Sequence record: OR896837.1
Length of the DNA: 64,000 nt
Strand: one strand, 5' to 3'
From: Escherichia phage vB_Eco_mar004NP2
A program made the position numbers and the translations under genes. Below are positions 1 to 10,031 of the stretch, one piece after another (positions within the stretch are counted from its first letter, which is position 1; every line of letters begins with the position of its first letter). The notes beneath the pieces were generated by a model. It ran no database searches, was not told where the DNA came from, and saw only the letters and a list, made by a program, of their open reading frames with translations.

Positions 1-218
1 TTATATTAAATTACTTATTAACTTGTCCTGTCGCTCCGTATACTCCGCTACAAGTTAGTAATTTTAAATTACTGAACCACCACACCTTCTGTGTGGCAAC
101 TCTAAATGGTTAATTCTATTAACTCATAGAGTTATGATAACATACATTTAGCTATCTGTCAACGAGAGTTTGTATTTGAGTCTCGGTACAGGTATTGTGC
201 ACCGAGACATGCAGAATA

Positions 219-1103
219 TTATAATAACTCTTGGTATGCTTTTTGATACGCCTCAGTGTCAGTAGGTGTATCTTTTGCTAACGCAATTAATTCATCCGTT
301 ATCTGAATATTCGTATTATAACGTTGGTGGAACTCATCTGGGATTTCTAGGTATCTATTTATGAACGCTGCAGCAAGCGGTGTAACTAACCCAATTTCTA
401 GGGATAACTTAACTTGTTTCTCATAAATTAAATATTGAGAATCAGATTGGATTGGTGGGGTTACATCAATTTTCTCTGGTTCTTTTTCTGGAAGCAATGG
501 ATTGCTATACAATGCTTCATCTGGAAGTACAGATTTACGCTCTTTAAATATATAAGTTTCTAGATCCGATGCTTTAGATCCTGAGTAAACAGCAAAAACG
601 CTAGCTTTACCTTGAGATGCCCTAACTGGTAAGTAACTAGTAGGGTAGCTTCTTAATGCATCGTGGAATGGACTTCCTGAGTATTTGTACGTATCCCCAT
701 AGAGATCATCAATATTCATTCGTTCATCTTCAAAGATATGGAAAGAGCTAAATGATGGGATGGTGAAGTATTCCATTTGCAATCCATAAACTAAGAAACG
801 ATGTGCATATGCGCTAATCTTTAAGACTGTAAATGCTTTTTCACCTTCTTTATAAGAATTGCCCTTTGAAGTAACTTGGTAACGTTTACAGAACATCTCT
901 ACTAGACGTTTCTCATTAATATTGAGTGAGGAATATAAACGTCCACTTAGCCCTAGAAGAGCATCAAACATAAATGCTAACTTATCTTTTTCTTCTTGAG
1001 ACAGTTCTGGAAATGGTAATACTTTGGCATTAGGAACATTATTATTCTCTTTAGGTTTTGTTTTACCAGCATTTTGTCTTAGTTTATCTTTAAAGTTATA
1101 CAT
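219..1103 (-). CDS. hypothetical protein (294 aa)
   Basis: Long ORF in the leftward gene array; no motif recognised. Confidence 0.5.
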   Translation of the reverse strand: MYNFKDKLRQNAGKTKPKENNNVPNAKVLPFPELSQEEKDKLAFMFDALLGLSGRLYSSLNINEKRLVEMFCKRYQVTSKGNSYKEGEKAFTVLKISAYAHRFLVYGLQMEYFTIPSFSSFHIFEDERMNIDDLYGDTYKYSGSPFHDALRSYPTSYLPVRASQGKASVFAVYSGSKASDLETYIFKERKSVLPDEALYSNPLLPEKEPEKIDVTPPIQSDSQYLIYEKQVKLSLEIGLVTPLAAAFINRYLEIPDEFHQRYNTNIQITDELIALAKDTPTDTEAYQKAYQELL

Positions 1104-1183
1104 TATTATCTCCCGTTTTTAAGGTCTGGATGACCTTCTTTTTATTTTAGAGCCTCCGTAGAGGCTCATGTATTAGGAAATTA

Positions 1184-1786
1184 TTAATCCTTTTTACTCT
1201 CATTAAGAGCAGCTCCCAACGCCTCAAGGATAGTATCATTTATACTCCCAGGTCTAAGATTATTAAAGTGAGTAACATAGATGGGACTTCTAAAACCTTC
1301 AGTATCCGCAGGCGCTACGCTTTTCATGTCAGATTCAAGAGCTTCTTGGGTATGCTTTAACTGTACAGAAGGCCCATAATCTTCACCAAACTTATATGAC
1401 TTCGTACTACTTACCACACCCCCACAAGGAACATTGTGCAAATCCGACGTTATTTTAGGGCTGTTCCACATTGTATTTGGCCCTGACTGCCACGGATCTC
1501 GAATAGTCACTGGAGTACTAGGGCGGTTCACCTCAGTCTTCACAAGTTTGTATCCTGCATCGATTAATGTGTTAATCAGGTTATCAGCCGGGATGCGAGC
1601 CGTGCCAAAAATCTTACGAGCATCTTCTAGTTTACCTTCAAGATCTTTACATGCTTTAAGGTCAGTGTGTACAAATGTTAGCTTCATAGATTTGAATTGT
1701 ACAGTAGCAGTTAAATCTTTAAAGCTATAATCCCATGTGTTCAGTTCATGGTCTGGTACTACTTGAATAGGTTGTTGTGTAAACAT
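1184..1786 (-). CDS. hypothetical protein (200 aa)
   Basis: Long ORF; no motif recognised. Confidence 0.5.
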   Translation of the reverse strand: MFTQQPIQVVPDHELNTWDYSFKDLTATVQFKSMKLTFVHTDLKACKDLEGKLEDARKIFGTARIPADNLINTLIDAGYKLVKTEVNRPSTPVTIRDPWQSGPNTMWNSPKITSDLHNVPCGGVVSSTKSYKFGEDYGPSVQLKHTQEALESDMKSVAPADTEGFRSPIYVTHFNNLRPGSINDTILEALGAALNESKKD

Positions 1787-1971
1787 TATTTATTCTTCAG
1801 TTTGTCTAACAGTTTATGGGCTGCTAGGTTATATTGCTCAAGTTCACGATTAAGGATTTGGTTTTCACACTTTAGCTCTAGATTCTTATTATTAAGAATA
1901 TTGCAGATCAGTAGAAGTGCTAATATAACTAGCAAGGAACCTACGAGCATTAAAAGAAAAAGAGTTTCCAT
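1786..1971 (-). CDS. small membrane protein (61 aa)
   Basis: N-terminal hydrophobic helix LLMLVGSLLVILALLLI; start abuts upstream stop. Confidence 0.4.
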   Translation of the reverse strand: METLFLLMLVGSLLVILALLLICNILNNKNLELKCENQILNRELEQYNLAAHKLLDKLKNK

Positions 1972-2204
1972 TATTTAACTCCCATGTAACGTTTGAGATA
2001 TACGATGAAGTCTTCTGCGGTATGCTCTACGCTACCTTGAGCTACAAATAGTTTGAGGGCTTCACGTTGTAGTTTAAGGGCATCCAATTCACCTCGTAAT
2101 TTTACTACATCTTCCGCTAGTTCTATAGCTCTGCGCATAATAGCAAACGATACAAATGTTACAATAAATAACATAACTGCTAAAATAATTACTATGATCT
2201 CCAT
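1971..2204 (-). CDS. small membrane protein (77 aa)
   Basis: N-terminal TM helix IIVIILAVMLFIVTFVSFAI; coupled to neighbours. Confidence 0.4.
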   Translation of the reverse strand: MEIIVIILAVMLFIVTFVSFAIMRRAIELAEDVVKLRGELDALKLQREALKLFVAQGSVEHTAEDFIVYLKRYMGVK

Positions 2205-2482
2205 ATTAACATCCAGCTCTTATCGTATATTTGGGCATGTTCTACTAATTCATTTATCGATGTAGAATTATCGTAGATACCCTCTAGTAAACGTTTTCTG
2301 TCAAATTTATTAACCAAATACTCTGTGTCATTTATTACTACCCTATACAGCTCTGGAACTAAGGGATGTTTGTTTGGTATTGGGCGACTACCTAAGTCTA
2401 TTTCATTATATCCCCACGTTGTTTTAAATAGTTTGTTACTAAGTGCTGCTAGTGGGTTTGACCATACAATATAGCTACTCAC
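2192..2482 (-). CDS. hypothetical protein (96 aa)
   Basis: ORF in operon context. Confidence 0.4.
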   Translation of the reverse strand: MSSYIVWSNPLAALSNKLFKTTWGYNEIDLGSRPIPNKHPLVPELYRVVINDTEYLVNKFDRKRLLEGIYDNSTSINELVEHAQIYDKSWMLIWRS

Positions 2483-3023
2483 TACTTATCTCCATTCTTA
2501 GCTTTGAAAACTTATTATACCAAACTATATGATTATCGTCAATTACAAATTTATGGTAACATGCTGGTACGGTATAAGTTCCATAATCCGTGACACGCTG
2601 CACAACCTTGTGTGCGCACAGTCGACATCCATGACCTTCTAAATGAGATCTAGCAGTTTGCCAGTAATAACCATCGTGATCTGGACAATAGATCTCAACT
2701 TGCTGTTGCATTGTCTTATAATTTACACGCTCATACCCGAAGAAAGCTCCATGAGCTGCAACAGCTTTCTTGATAAATATAAGGTTTAGTGCTTCTTGTT
2801 GGAAGTCGGGATGTAGCTGCTTAATTTTAGTTCTATTAATAGATCCATCCGATTTGATGAACCTATTTATTGGAAAGTTGTTAGCTTCCTCGATTAATAA
2901 TTCATTTACTTTCTCTCTCATATTAAATAGTCTCACAGTTAAGGTAGAAACATTCGTAAGCATCCCCGGTAAACTCTTTATCTTGTAGTATACACTTAGC
3001 CTGGCCTTCGGGTACCCCCGCAT
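2475..3023 (-). CDS. hypothetical Cys/His-rich protein, possible Zn-binding nuclease-like fold
   Basis: CPDHDGYYW...HLEGHGCRLCAHK cluster; true start may be an internal Met. Confidence 0.35.
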   Translation of the reverse strand: MRGYPKARLSVYYKIKSLPGMLTNVSTLTVRLFNMREKVNELLIEEANNFPINRFIKSDGSINRTKIKQLHPDFQQEALNLIFIKKAVAAHGAFFGYERVNYKTMQQQVEIYCPDHDGYYWQTARSHLEGHGCRLCAHKVVQRVTDYGTYTVPACYHKFVIDDNHIVWYNKFSKLRMEISSE

Positions 3024-3126
3024 CTAATAATTGTTGTTTACTTGGCTTTTCAGCGAATACTTTTACAAAATACTCACCATCCTGATTATACTCATTTATA
3101 TCTCTAGTAAGGACGTATACTTGCAT
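2923..3126 (-). CDS. hypothetical small protein (67 aa)
   Basis: ORF; overlaps the N-terminal extension of the downstream ORF. Confidence 0.3.
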   Translation of the reverse strand: MQVYVLTRDINEYNQDGEYFVKVFAEKPSKQQLLDAGVPEGQAKCILQDKEFTGDAYECFYLNCETI

Positions 3127-3139
3127 TTGAAGTTCCTTG

Positions 3140-3175
3140 AAAACATAAAAGGCCAGAACAACTAAGTCCTGGCCT
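3140..3175 (-). terminator. rho-independent terminator candidate
   Basis: Hairpin AGGCCAG...CTGGCCT followed on the minus strand by a T-rich run. Confidence 0.45.
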
Positions 3176-3182
3176 CCTAAAA

Positions 3183-3620
3183 TTAATGAAGTTGTTTACC
3201 ACTTCTTAACATAGTGGCCGTTTCCATAAGACCTAGCGTAGCATCACGCTTATTGATCTGTTTACCAAGTTCATCAGTACGTTTACCGATGTAAGCATTA
3301 ATAGCCATATTCATAGCTGTAGCGAGATCTTCTTTGGTTATCTCTTCATCGTCTAAAGCTAATTTAGCCAAAGAATCAAATGTGCTAGAGAGTCCTATAA
3401 GATCTGAGGTTTCTCCAGCCAAAATAGGATTAATATTATCTACTGTTACTTCTAGCATGGAGTTGACAATATCTTCACCGTCTATTAGACCAGTTTCAAT
3501 ATTACTCTCCCACTCCTTCATCTGCTCCAATAATGGATTTTTCTTTTCTGTCATGGTAGAGGTTTCCTGTGTCAGTCGGTAAGAAGGATGATTGCGTTTT
3601 AGGTGGATGTTGCTTAGCAA
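3183..3620 (-). CDS. hypothetical acidic protein
   Basis: ORF; real start probably internal (MTEKKNPLL...). Confidence 0.4.
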   Translation of the reverse strand: MLSNIHLKRNHPSYRLTQETSTMTEKKNPLLEQMKEWESNIETGLIDGEDIVNSMLEVTVDNINPILAGETSDLIGLSSTFDSLAKLALDDEEITKEDLATAMNMAINAYIGKRTDELGKQINKRDATLGLMETATMLRSGKQLH

Positions 3621-3963
3621 TCCAGTTAAGAATCAGCACGCGACTAGGGACAATATCGGTGTTGTACCAGAAATCATGAACCCATTGACGAGCATCCTCA
3701 AACTTACCAAATTTATACGCTTTCTTAAACAATTCAAACCCAAAACAATCTGGTGTGAAGTCTACTTCACGATACTGAATTACTTTAGAACCAGTTAGGT
3801 CTTGGATTGCTGCATTAATTTCTGTATGTGAGAATTTTGTTTCGTGAAACTTATTAAAGAATCGGTAGTTGAAGCGTCCGTTCGTTTCGACAAACAACTG
3901 GATGAAGAGATCGTTAAATTGGCTATCAAACCAGTAATTCTGTAGTTGTTGTAGTGCTGTCAT
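3502..3963 (-). CDS. hypothetical protein (153 aa)
   Basis: ORF. Confidence 0.45.
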   Translation of the reverse strand: MTALQQLQNYWFDSQFNDLFIQLFVETNGRFNYRFFNKFHETKFSHTEINAAIQDLTGSKVIQYREVDFTPDCFGFELFKKAYKFGKFEDARQWVHDFWYNTDIVPSRVLILNWIAKQHPPKTQSSFLPTDTGNLYHDRKEKSIIGADEGVGE

Positions 3964-4160
3964 TTACTAACTCCGTTAATTGCCACGATGATGCCTTCGT
4001 ACATAAAAGGAAGTAGCCCAGAAGTGTAGAAGATATTTTCCGTTATTCCTAGATGTCGAAAAAGTATATTAAATAATGCTGTTAGAAATACAATCTGAGG
4101 CAGTAATACAAAATACTCAGTTACAATCTTTGGTGCCTGATAAACAAGACGTTTTACCAT
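3960..4160 (-). CDS. small hydrophobic protein (66 aa)
   Basis: Hydrophobic segments; start/stop coupling. Confidence 0.3.
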   Translation of the reverse strand: MVKRLVYQAPKIVTEYFVLLPQIVFLTALFNILFRHLGITENIFYTSGLLPFMYEGIIVAINGVSK

Positions 4161-4259
4161 TGTTTTTAAGTCTCCTTATTACTTTGGCCTGCTCCACAAT
4201 AATGAAAACTGCGAGCACTAATAGTGCTATTAGCCCCGCAGTAATTGGTACTAAATCAA

Positions 4260-4586
4260 TCATGGGAGACGCCATACATAATTAGCTGTCTGTAGAGTCT
4301 TAGCGGTATCATCATGGTACATTACTACAGACTTTGGTGAATAGCTATCAGCTAGTTCTTTACGAATCATTTCACACTCTTCACCAGTATCAATATTTTT
4401 AACTATCACTTTCATATTAAGTGGTGTTAATACAGAAAGTGGTTTCCAAGAATCCTCAATTTCAATTCCTACCTTTTTCTCGATTAACATGAGAACTTCT
4501 AGCGTGTCATCTGGAATGCTAATATTATTATTCACAAACTGTAGTATCTCATGTAAGGTATTTAATTCATTAAAATTAAGCTTCAT
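4260..4586 (-). CDS. hypothetical protein (108 aa)
   Basis: ORF. Confidence 0.4.
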   Translation of the reverse strand: MKLNFNELNTLHEILQFVNNNISIPDDTLEVLMLIEKKVGIEIEDSWKPLSVLTPLNMKVIVKNIDTGEECEMIRKELADSYSPKSVVMYHDDTAKTLQTANYVWRLP

Positions 4587-4821
4587 CTTTAAGAATATCC
4601 TCTACCATATCACAAGACTGTTGCAATTCATCAGCAATGCGTTTAATATCGGTCTTCGTCACTTTACCAATTAACATCACCAGTAACATAGAAAGTATAA
4701 TAAGTGGGACTGGAATAACAAATAGTGCTACCTTAACTACATTCTTTGGTGCCCATGTATGGTACTTAGTAACTAGAACTCCCACCACGATTAGATAAAA
4801 TGCTAGAATAAATATCATCAT
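4576..4821 (-). CDS. small membrane protein (81 aa)
   Basis: Two predicted TM helices. Confidence 0.4.
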   Translation of the reverse strand: MMIFILAFYLIVVGVLVTKYHTWAPKNVVKVALFVIPVPLIILSMLLVMLIGKVTKTDIKRIADELQQSCDMVEDILKDEA

Positions 4822-5099
4822 TTTTTAATCTCCGTGATTATCTGTGTACGCATTACTTTAGCGGGTAATTTATTATTCCCAATTATTGCTTCTATATTAT
4901 TTAATTTTTCTTTAAGAATATCTGAGCGTCTTTGTGCTAATTCAATATCTTGCTCTTGCTCTAGCAAACGGTGGTGTAATCCATCATTAGTAATGAGCAT
5001 ACTTTCCATGTTTTTTCGTGCGTTTACAACCCCAATAACTCCACCAATCGCTACTAGCGTAGTAAGAATTAGTAACCCAATAAGAATTTCAACCAACAT
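4818..5099 (-). CDS. small membrane protein (93 aa)
   Basis: N-terminal TM helix, then coiled-coil-like segment. Confidence 0.4.
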   Translation of the reverse strand: MLVEILIGLLILTTLVAIGGVIGVVNARKNMESMLITNDGLHHRLLEQEQDIELAQRRSDILKEKLNNIEAIIGNNKLPAKVMRTQIITEIKK

Positions 5100-5101
5100 T
5101 A

Positions 5102-5263
5102 AATATCCTTACATTTTTCATTATTTGGAACTAGTTTACACACCTCCACATTTAACTCGTGGATAGAATTGTCTAGTTCTGCTAAACGTGTGTGAAGAGA
5201 AACTATACTATATATTAACACTCCTAAAAGGAGTGATAGCATAAAAATGGATATTCTTTCCAT
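5102..5263 (-). CDS. small membrane protein (about 53 aa, not in ORF track)
   Basis: Hand translation MERISIFMLSLLLGVLIYSIV...; RBS-like AAAGGAG upstream. Confidence 0.3.
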
Positions 5264-5532
5264 TATTTCTTACCTTTCAGTTGCTTAACTTCACGCTCAA
5301 AAGATGCTGCACGACGTTCGGCAGTTGCCTGATGCTCTTTAGCAAAACGTGCTTCTTGTTTTGCAAGGTTGAACGCCATAGCATTCTTATTCAGGGAATC
5401 GTACATCTTTTTCATTGCCGGAATAGACATCTTCATGAGCTGGCCTTCAAAACCCTGCATGTCGAGGAGAATTGCCAGAACGTTAGCCATTTCATTTTTA
5501 GTCATGTTTTCCATTAGAATTTCCTCTCTCAT
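5263..5532 (-). CDS. hypothetical protein (89 aa)
   Basis: ORF. Confidence 0.4.
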   Translation of the reverse strand: MREEILMENMTKNEMANVLAILLDMQGFEGQLMKMSIPAMKKMYDSLNKNAMAFNLAKQEARFAKEHQATAERRAASFEREVKQLKGKK

Positions 5533-5592
5533 TAATTTATGAACTTATTATACAGAATTTTAAGGCTTAAAGCAACTGAATTTTTTAATTAC

Positions 5593-6024
5593 TTACCAAT
5601 CGTTAACAACGCCGGAGAACTCAGAAGCAAAAACTTTTTCAAATTTCTCTGCAATTTCAGGATGATCTTTGCAGATCAGCTCAATGCATGCTTCTGGAGT
5701 CATTCCTTCATCTTCAGGATCACCATAGTATTTATCCCAAAGATCATCGGGAATGATATGCTCTGCCAAATCTTGGAAAGAGATTAACTGATAACGTTCT
5801 GCCTCCTCAGCGATAAAAATTTCGCACAGATCTTTATCTATATCGCTACGATAATCAGCAATTAATAAGGCATTGCATGCATGACATTCCCAGACCATCA
5901 AACGTTCAGAGATAGGATTAGACTTATCCTGAACGTAAGACTGGAACAAGGTTCGGAAAGTTGCCTTAACTTGTTCAAACTTATCTGCTGCTGCGAAAAC
6001 TAGAGCTTTATCAACTTTGTTCAT
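5593..6024 (-). CDS. hypothetical protein (143 aa)
   Basis: ORF. Confidence 0.45.
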   Translation of the reverse strand: MNKVDKALVFAAADKFEQVKATFRTLFQSYVQDKSNPISERLMVWECHACNALLIADYRSDIDKDLCEIFIAEEAERYQLISFQDLAEHIIPDDLWDKYYGDPEDEGMTPEACIELICKDHPEIAEKFEKVFASEFSGVVNDW

Positions 6025-6191
6025 TTTGATTCCTTCTCATCAATTTATAAAGTAATTATACAGAAACTTAGGCATTTTAGCAAATAAAACTTTCAATTAA
6101 AATGCCTAATCCTGTGCCAATAGTAATACAAATGATTATAAGTATTGCTATCGCCTGTATAATTCGTTTAATAATAACCTCAGCTATATAC

Positions 6192-6713
6192 TTAGACATT
6201 TAACATCCAGCTAGTTTTATCATGAGAAGTGTACTTACCATTCATGATGTCTTCCAGGCGTACTGGTGATTTTGCATACTCTACACAAACGTTAATATAA
6301 CGGGGGTCCCCCATTAACTCAAAGTGAGTATGCCCATGTAAGTTCTTCTTGCCCCTTAACTCTTCTGGATGTACTGGAGCATGGGAAAGCCAAAAGTTTT
6401 TATACTTAACTAGGGATTGTACGTTATCCACAACTCCCACTAAGTCTTTGAAAGATAACCCTTCTCGTTCTAAGTCGTGGTTCCCCAAAACTAATGTAGT
6501 TCTAACATTACTAAAGAGTTTTTCGAATTTCTCCAAACCATTTCTAGATACAAATGCATCCCCTAAAATATAAAATACTGTACGCTTATCTTTCATGGAT
6601 GTAATAGTATCCATAATAAATTCATCATGCTCTTCCATAGTAGAGAAGATTGGTCTGAATTTAGTAATATTTGCATGCCCTAAGTGTAGATCGCTCCAAA
6701 AGCAGACTTTCAT
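6192..6713 (-). CDS. calcineurin-like metallophosphoesterase
   Basis: Motifs DLHLGH, GDAF, GNHD typical of the metallophosphatase fold. Confidence 0.7.
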   Translation of the reverse strand: MKVCFWSDLHLGHANITKFRPIFSTMEEHDEFIMDTITSMKDKRTVFYILGDAFVSRNGLEKFEKLFSNVRTTLVLGNHDLEREGLSFKDLVGVVDNVQSLVKYKNFWLSHAPVHPEELRGKKNLHGHTHFELMGDPRYINVCVEYAKSPVRLEDIMNGKYTSHDKTSWMLNV

Positions 6714-7588
6714 TAAAGAATCCTCTGTATGCCACAGCTATCTTCGCGAAGCGTGGTAAATGTTGTGATTTTGCCAGTTTCATCATTAACTTGCGCAACC
6801 GTCAACTGCCCGTTGAAAACACCGCCAGTATCTAAGTAAACACGATTTTGGTGTAAAATAGGGTAAGGTACTCCAGTATGCCCATGAAACACAAAGTCTA
6901 CCCCACTAACTGGAGGTATTTCTACCATGTATTTTTCTTTAAACCCAGAATAACGCTGGAAATACGGGTGTTCCTCACCATTTTTGGACAAATGGAAGCC
7001 TATTTCTTGTATTACATCTCGATCCCATAAATATGGTTCAACATGGTATCCAGGATGGTCATGTGGGTCTTCCTTAGCTGCTTCTACTTGTGCAATAAGG
7101 TTATCCCATACTGGAGTTTCTACTTCGTTACCACATTCTTTGTATGTAAAAGGTACACCACCATGAACAACACCATACTTCTTGCCACGATGCAGCACAG
7201 TCATAAATACTGGAAGTTTTTCAGCCATGTCTTCGGCAATATTTTTAATGGTATCTGCGTCCAGCTCATTCATAGCCCACATACCTCCATTATACATCCA
7301 GTTAGCCCAATCTCCTACAATCATAAACTGGTCATGATTTCCACGAACGCTACAAAAACGTGGATTATATAAGAATTTAGCTAAAACTTGTAAGTTTTGT
7401 GTGCCCCGGTCAATTAAGTCACCAACACATACTACGCAATCTTTCTTGCTATTATACCCAGCTAATTTCAACGCATCTTCCAGCAAATCATTGCATCCAT
7501 GAATATCACCAACGAAAAACAAGTTGGCATCATCTGGCACTACTAGAGTTTTATGTACATTAAATTCTTTTTTCATAATTATTCCCAA
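6713..7588 (-). CDS. serine/threonine protein phosphatase (PPP family)
   Basis: GDIHGC, GDLIDRG, GNHD motifs. Confidence 0.8.
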   Translation of the reverse strand: MGIIMKKEFNVHKTLVVPDDANLFFVGDIHGCNDLLEDALKLAGYNSKKDCVVCVGDLIDRGTQNLQVLAKFLYNPRFCSVRGNHDQFMIVGDWANWMYNGGMWAMNELDADTIKNIAEDMAEKLPVFMTVLHRGKKYGVVHGGVPFTYKECGNEVETPVWDNLIAQVEAAKEDPHDHPGYHVEPYLWDRDVIQEIGFHLSKNGEEHPYFQRYSGFKEKYMVEIPPVSGVDFVFHGHTGVPYPILHQNRVYLDTGGVFNGQLTVAQVNDETGKITTFTTLREDSCGIQRIL

Positions 7589-7824
7589 ATAACAGTTAAA
7601 ATAGTTGTGCCATACTCATTAGATAGTTGGAGAGTATAACCCTCTTTATAGAGGGCTTTTATAGCTTCATAACTAATTTCATCACGATTAAACTGTACAA
7701 AAGAACCTCCAATCTCCACAGAAGAAACTATTCTCTTTTTAACATACTTATATGGTTTCTTTCTGCTCTTAAGAATTGCAGCTCTATTTATCCTAGCTAA
7801 ACGTTTTGCTTGTTCCGCTAACAT
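7579..7824 (-). CDS. hypothetical protein (81 aa)
   Basis: ORF overlapping phosphatase start. Confidence 0.4.
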   Translation of the reverse strand: MLAEQAKRLARINRAAILKSRKKPYKYVKKRIVSSVEIGGSFVQFNRDEISYEAIKALYKEGYTLQLSNEYGTTILTVIWE

Positions 7825-7945
7825 TTAATTATCACCAGTGGTTAGTATGCTTCTCAGCTTCCTCATCGTTAGGCTCAAAGACAACATGGCAGTCAACTGC
7901 TTCCCAAAAAGCCTCACGGATTAAAGAGTTTTTAGCTGAAATGTC

Positions 7946-8206
7946 TTATTCTCCCCACTCTTCTAAAGTCTCTAGGTCTGTATCAACTTCGGTATCACAG
8001 CCAACCAGCCCCAAAGAGACAACAATAGTAACGCGATCTTCACGCTGTTCGGGATAAACATCAGCATATTCCCAAGCAGCTTCTTCAACATAATATTGTT
8101 GTTCCTTTTCTGGAAGTGACTTATACTTTTCTTCTGTAATACCCATCTCAACGGCGCGAGTACCACAAACTACGTTATTATTAATAATTAGATATGCATA
8201 GTTCAT
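7946..8206 (-). CDS. hypothetical acidic protein (86 aa)
   Basis: ORF; an alternative overlapping frame also exists. Confidence 0.35.
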   Translation of the reverse strand: MNYAYLIINNNVVCGTRAVEMGITEEKYKSLPEKEQQYYVEEAAWEYADVYPEQREDRVTIVVSLGLVGCDTEVDTDLETLEEWGE

Positions 8207-8294
8207 TGGAATACCCCTATTTCTTGTAGTGTGTAGATAGCCTTTTCATCAATTTATATAAGTATTATACCAAAATTTTTAGCAAAAAGCAAGT

Positions 8295-8328
8295 AAAATA
8301 AAAGCCTGATCAGCTAAGATCAGGCTTT
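8295..8328 (-). terminator. rho-independent terminator candidate
   Basis: Perfect hairpin AAAGCCTGATC-AGCTAA-GATCAGGCTTT flanked by T/A runs. Confidence 0.55.
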
Positions 8329-8333
8329 GTTTA

Positions 8334-8624
8334 TTAGTCCTCTGGATTATCATCCAGGAAATTTTTAATAGCTTCGTGAATAGTTTCTTTACGAAGCTGA
8401 CGTCCAATCAGAATATGATTAGCTTCTACTCGACCATTAGGTAAGCGATCCGCCAGAACTACTACAGGAACTTGGCGCACACCAAATTTCTGCATTAATT
8501 CTGTATTATCAGTCTCTTTATGGATTTCCAAATTATAGTCACTGACTACTTTATCAAATACTGGCTCGAAAAGTTTACACGGGTTACAGGTGGAACCTTT
8601 TAATAGATAGACTAATTTACTCAT
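8334..8624 (-). CDS. thioredoxin/glutaredoxin-fold protein
   Basis: CNPC redox motif near N-terminus; about 96 aa. Confidence 0.55.
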   Translation of the reverse strand: MSKLVYLLKGSTCNPCKLFEPVFDKVVSDYNLEIHKETDNTELMQKFGVRQVPVVVLADRLPNGRVEANHILIGRQLRKETIHEAIKNFLDDNPED

Positions 8625-9048
8625 AGTTATTAATGGCCTCTAAGAAGTTTTTCATAGTTTTTACGGTTGCGGTGCTCAGATCAAGATTTACACCCAAACA
8701 CTCGGTTAATGCTTCCTGATAAGGAGCCTTTAATCTGCCCTCTGGGACTTCTACCTTCTTATATTCTTTATTTTTGACCTTTTTAATCATAGTCTCTAGT
8801 ACAAGAAGTGGTAATTTAGCACCTTCAATATCAGTACCCAAAAGTTCAGTTAAAATTTTATTAAGATCAAGACGAGTTAACTTTTTGCCCTTAGACATAG
8901 ATGCACCTACCTTTGTATCAATAGATTTTTCCGCTTTCTTTTCGAGCTTTTTGTACTCAGGAGAGTCATGATCACGGAGTGCAATGTTTAGCTCGTAATG
9001 TGGTATACGAAAATGTTCCGCCATTTGAGTGTAGAAACGATCAGACAT
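8617..9048 (-). CDS. hypothetical protein (143 aa)
   Basis: ORF. Confidence 0.45.
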   Translation of the reverse strand: MSDRFYTQMAEHFRIPHYELNIALRDHDSPEYKKLEKKAEKSIDTKVGASMSKGKKLTRLDLNKILTELLGTDIEGAKLPLLVLETMIKKVKNKEYKKVEVPEGRLKAPYQEALTECLGVNLDLSTATVKTMKNFLEAINNYE

Positions 9049-9123
9049 AATATATACCTCTCTTAACTAATTTATGTATATATTATATAATAACTAGGGC
9101 TAAAAGTCAACTACTTTTTTATC

Positions 9124-9540
9124 TTAATCTACTGCATGTATAAATCTTTTCCTAACTAGATACATAGTTATTGGGTAAATTGAGTACATAAGTATCGGGT
9201 AGAAAAGGGTGAAATACGCTGTAACTCCCCCAGCTAACATTAAAGGTATTAATGCTAGAGTAAGGGCCATAAGAATCATACCGAATGAAACAGCCAAAGC
9301 TATGGATATGGGATTCTCTAGTTCCATCCATAACCAACAATATTTCGTATCTCTATGGCAATTGCATTTACAAACTCCGAATGAACCCATAATTATATAC
9401 TCTAGTCCGTGAATAACCTTTATTAATAAGCTATTTCGGGTAGTTAATGCAATGATAGTAAAGACTATCATTAAAACGAATACTACTAGACTTATTTTCC
9501 AGATACCTAGCAGCATCATAGTGAATAGTTCTGCAAACAT
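9124..9540 (-). CDS. integral membrane protein (138 aa)
   Basis: 3-4 predicted TM helices. Confidence 0.45.
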   Translation of the reverse strand: MFAELFTMMLLGIWKISLVVFVLMIVFTIIALTTRNSLLIKVIHGLEYIIMGSFGVCKCNCHRDTKYCWLWMELENPISIALAVSFGMILMALTLALIPLMLAGGVTAYFTLFYPILMYSIYPITMYLVRKRFIHAVD

Positions 9541-9617
9541 GGCTTTCTCCTATCTTCAAAAATTATTAAAGCCCACTTTGCCTAAAAAGGCGGGAATATT
9601 CCCGCCTCAGTTATTAA

Positions 9618-10031
9618 TTAAACTAGTTCGACATGACCTCCATCATAGGTACCACGTTTTATTTCATCGTGATAGTCTCCTGAAGCATTCCAATCAGCAC
9701 CAAAACGAAGTTTAATGCCTAGTTCTTTACCAGCTTGTTCAAAAGCCTTTTTAACCGCCCAAAATGCTTCTAAGTCATTCCAATCAATTTTGCCATTAAT
9801 ATATGGAGCAAAATCAATAGCATCCCCAGTAATATGTTTGCTTTTACTAGGATCTTTTAGAAATGAAGTACCATTAGCAATGTTCTGGGCACTTTGTGCT
9901 ACTGTACGAATACCTTGCACGATTGTGAAATCATACGGAGATAATTCTAAAGCCCTACGAGCTACTTTTTGTAGCTCGGGCTTAACGGTAGCTAATTGTT
10001 TTTCGCTATTTTTACCAAATTTAAAACTCAT
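9618..10031 (-). CDS. endolysin, L-alanyl-D-glutamate peptidase (M15-like)
   Basis: 137 aa; HITGDAIDF...GADW...DYHD...GGHVE metal-binding pattern; sits just downstream of the putative holin. Confidence 0.8.
   Translation of the reverse strand: MSFKFGKNSEKQLATVKPELQKVARRALELSPYDFTIVQGIRTVAQSAQNIANGTSFLKDPSKSKHITGDAIDFAPYINGKIDWNDLEAFWAVKKAFEQAGKELGIKLRFGADWNASGDYHDEIKRGTYDGGHVELV

Noticed and set aside
1434-1730. Plus-strand ORFs antisense to long minus-strand genes (also 2053..2265, 22017..22541, 28951..29241, 33645..33878 and 56774..57352 antisense to plus-strand genes)
   Set aside because: They overlap much longer, motif-bearing genes on the opposite strand, have low-complexity or odd composition, and lack RBS context; treated as shadow ORFs
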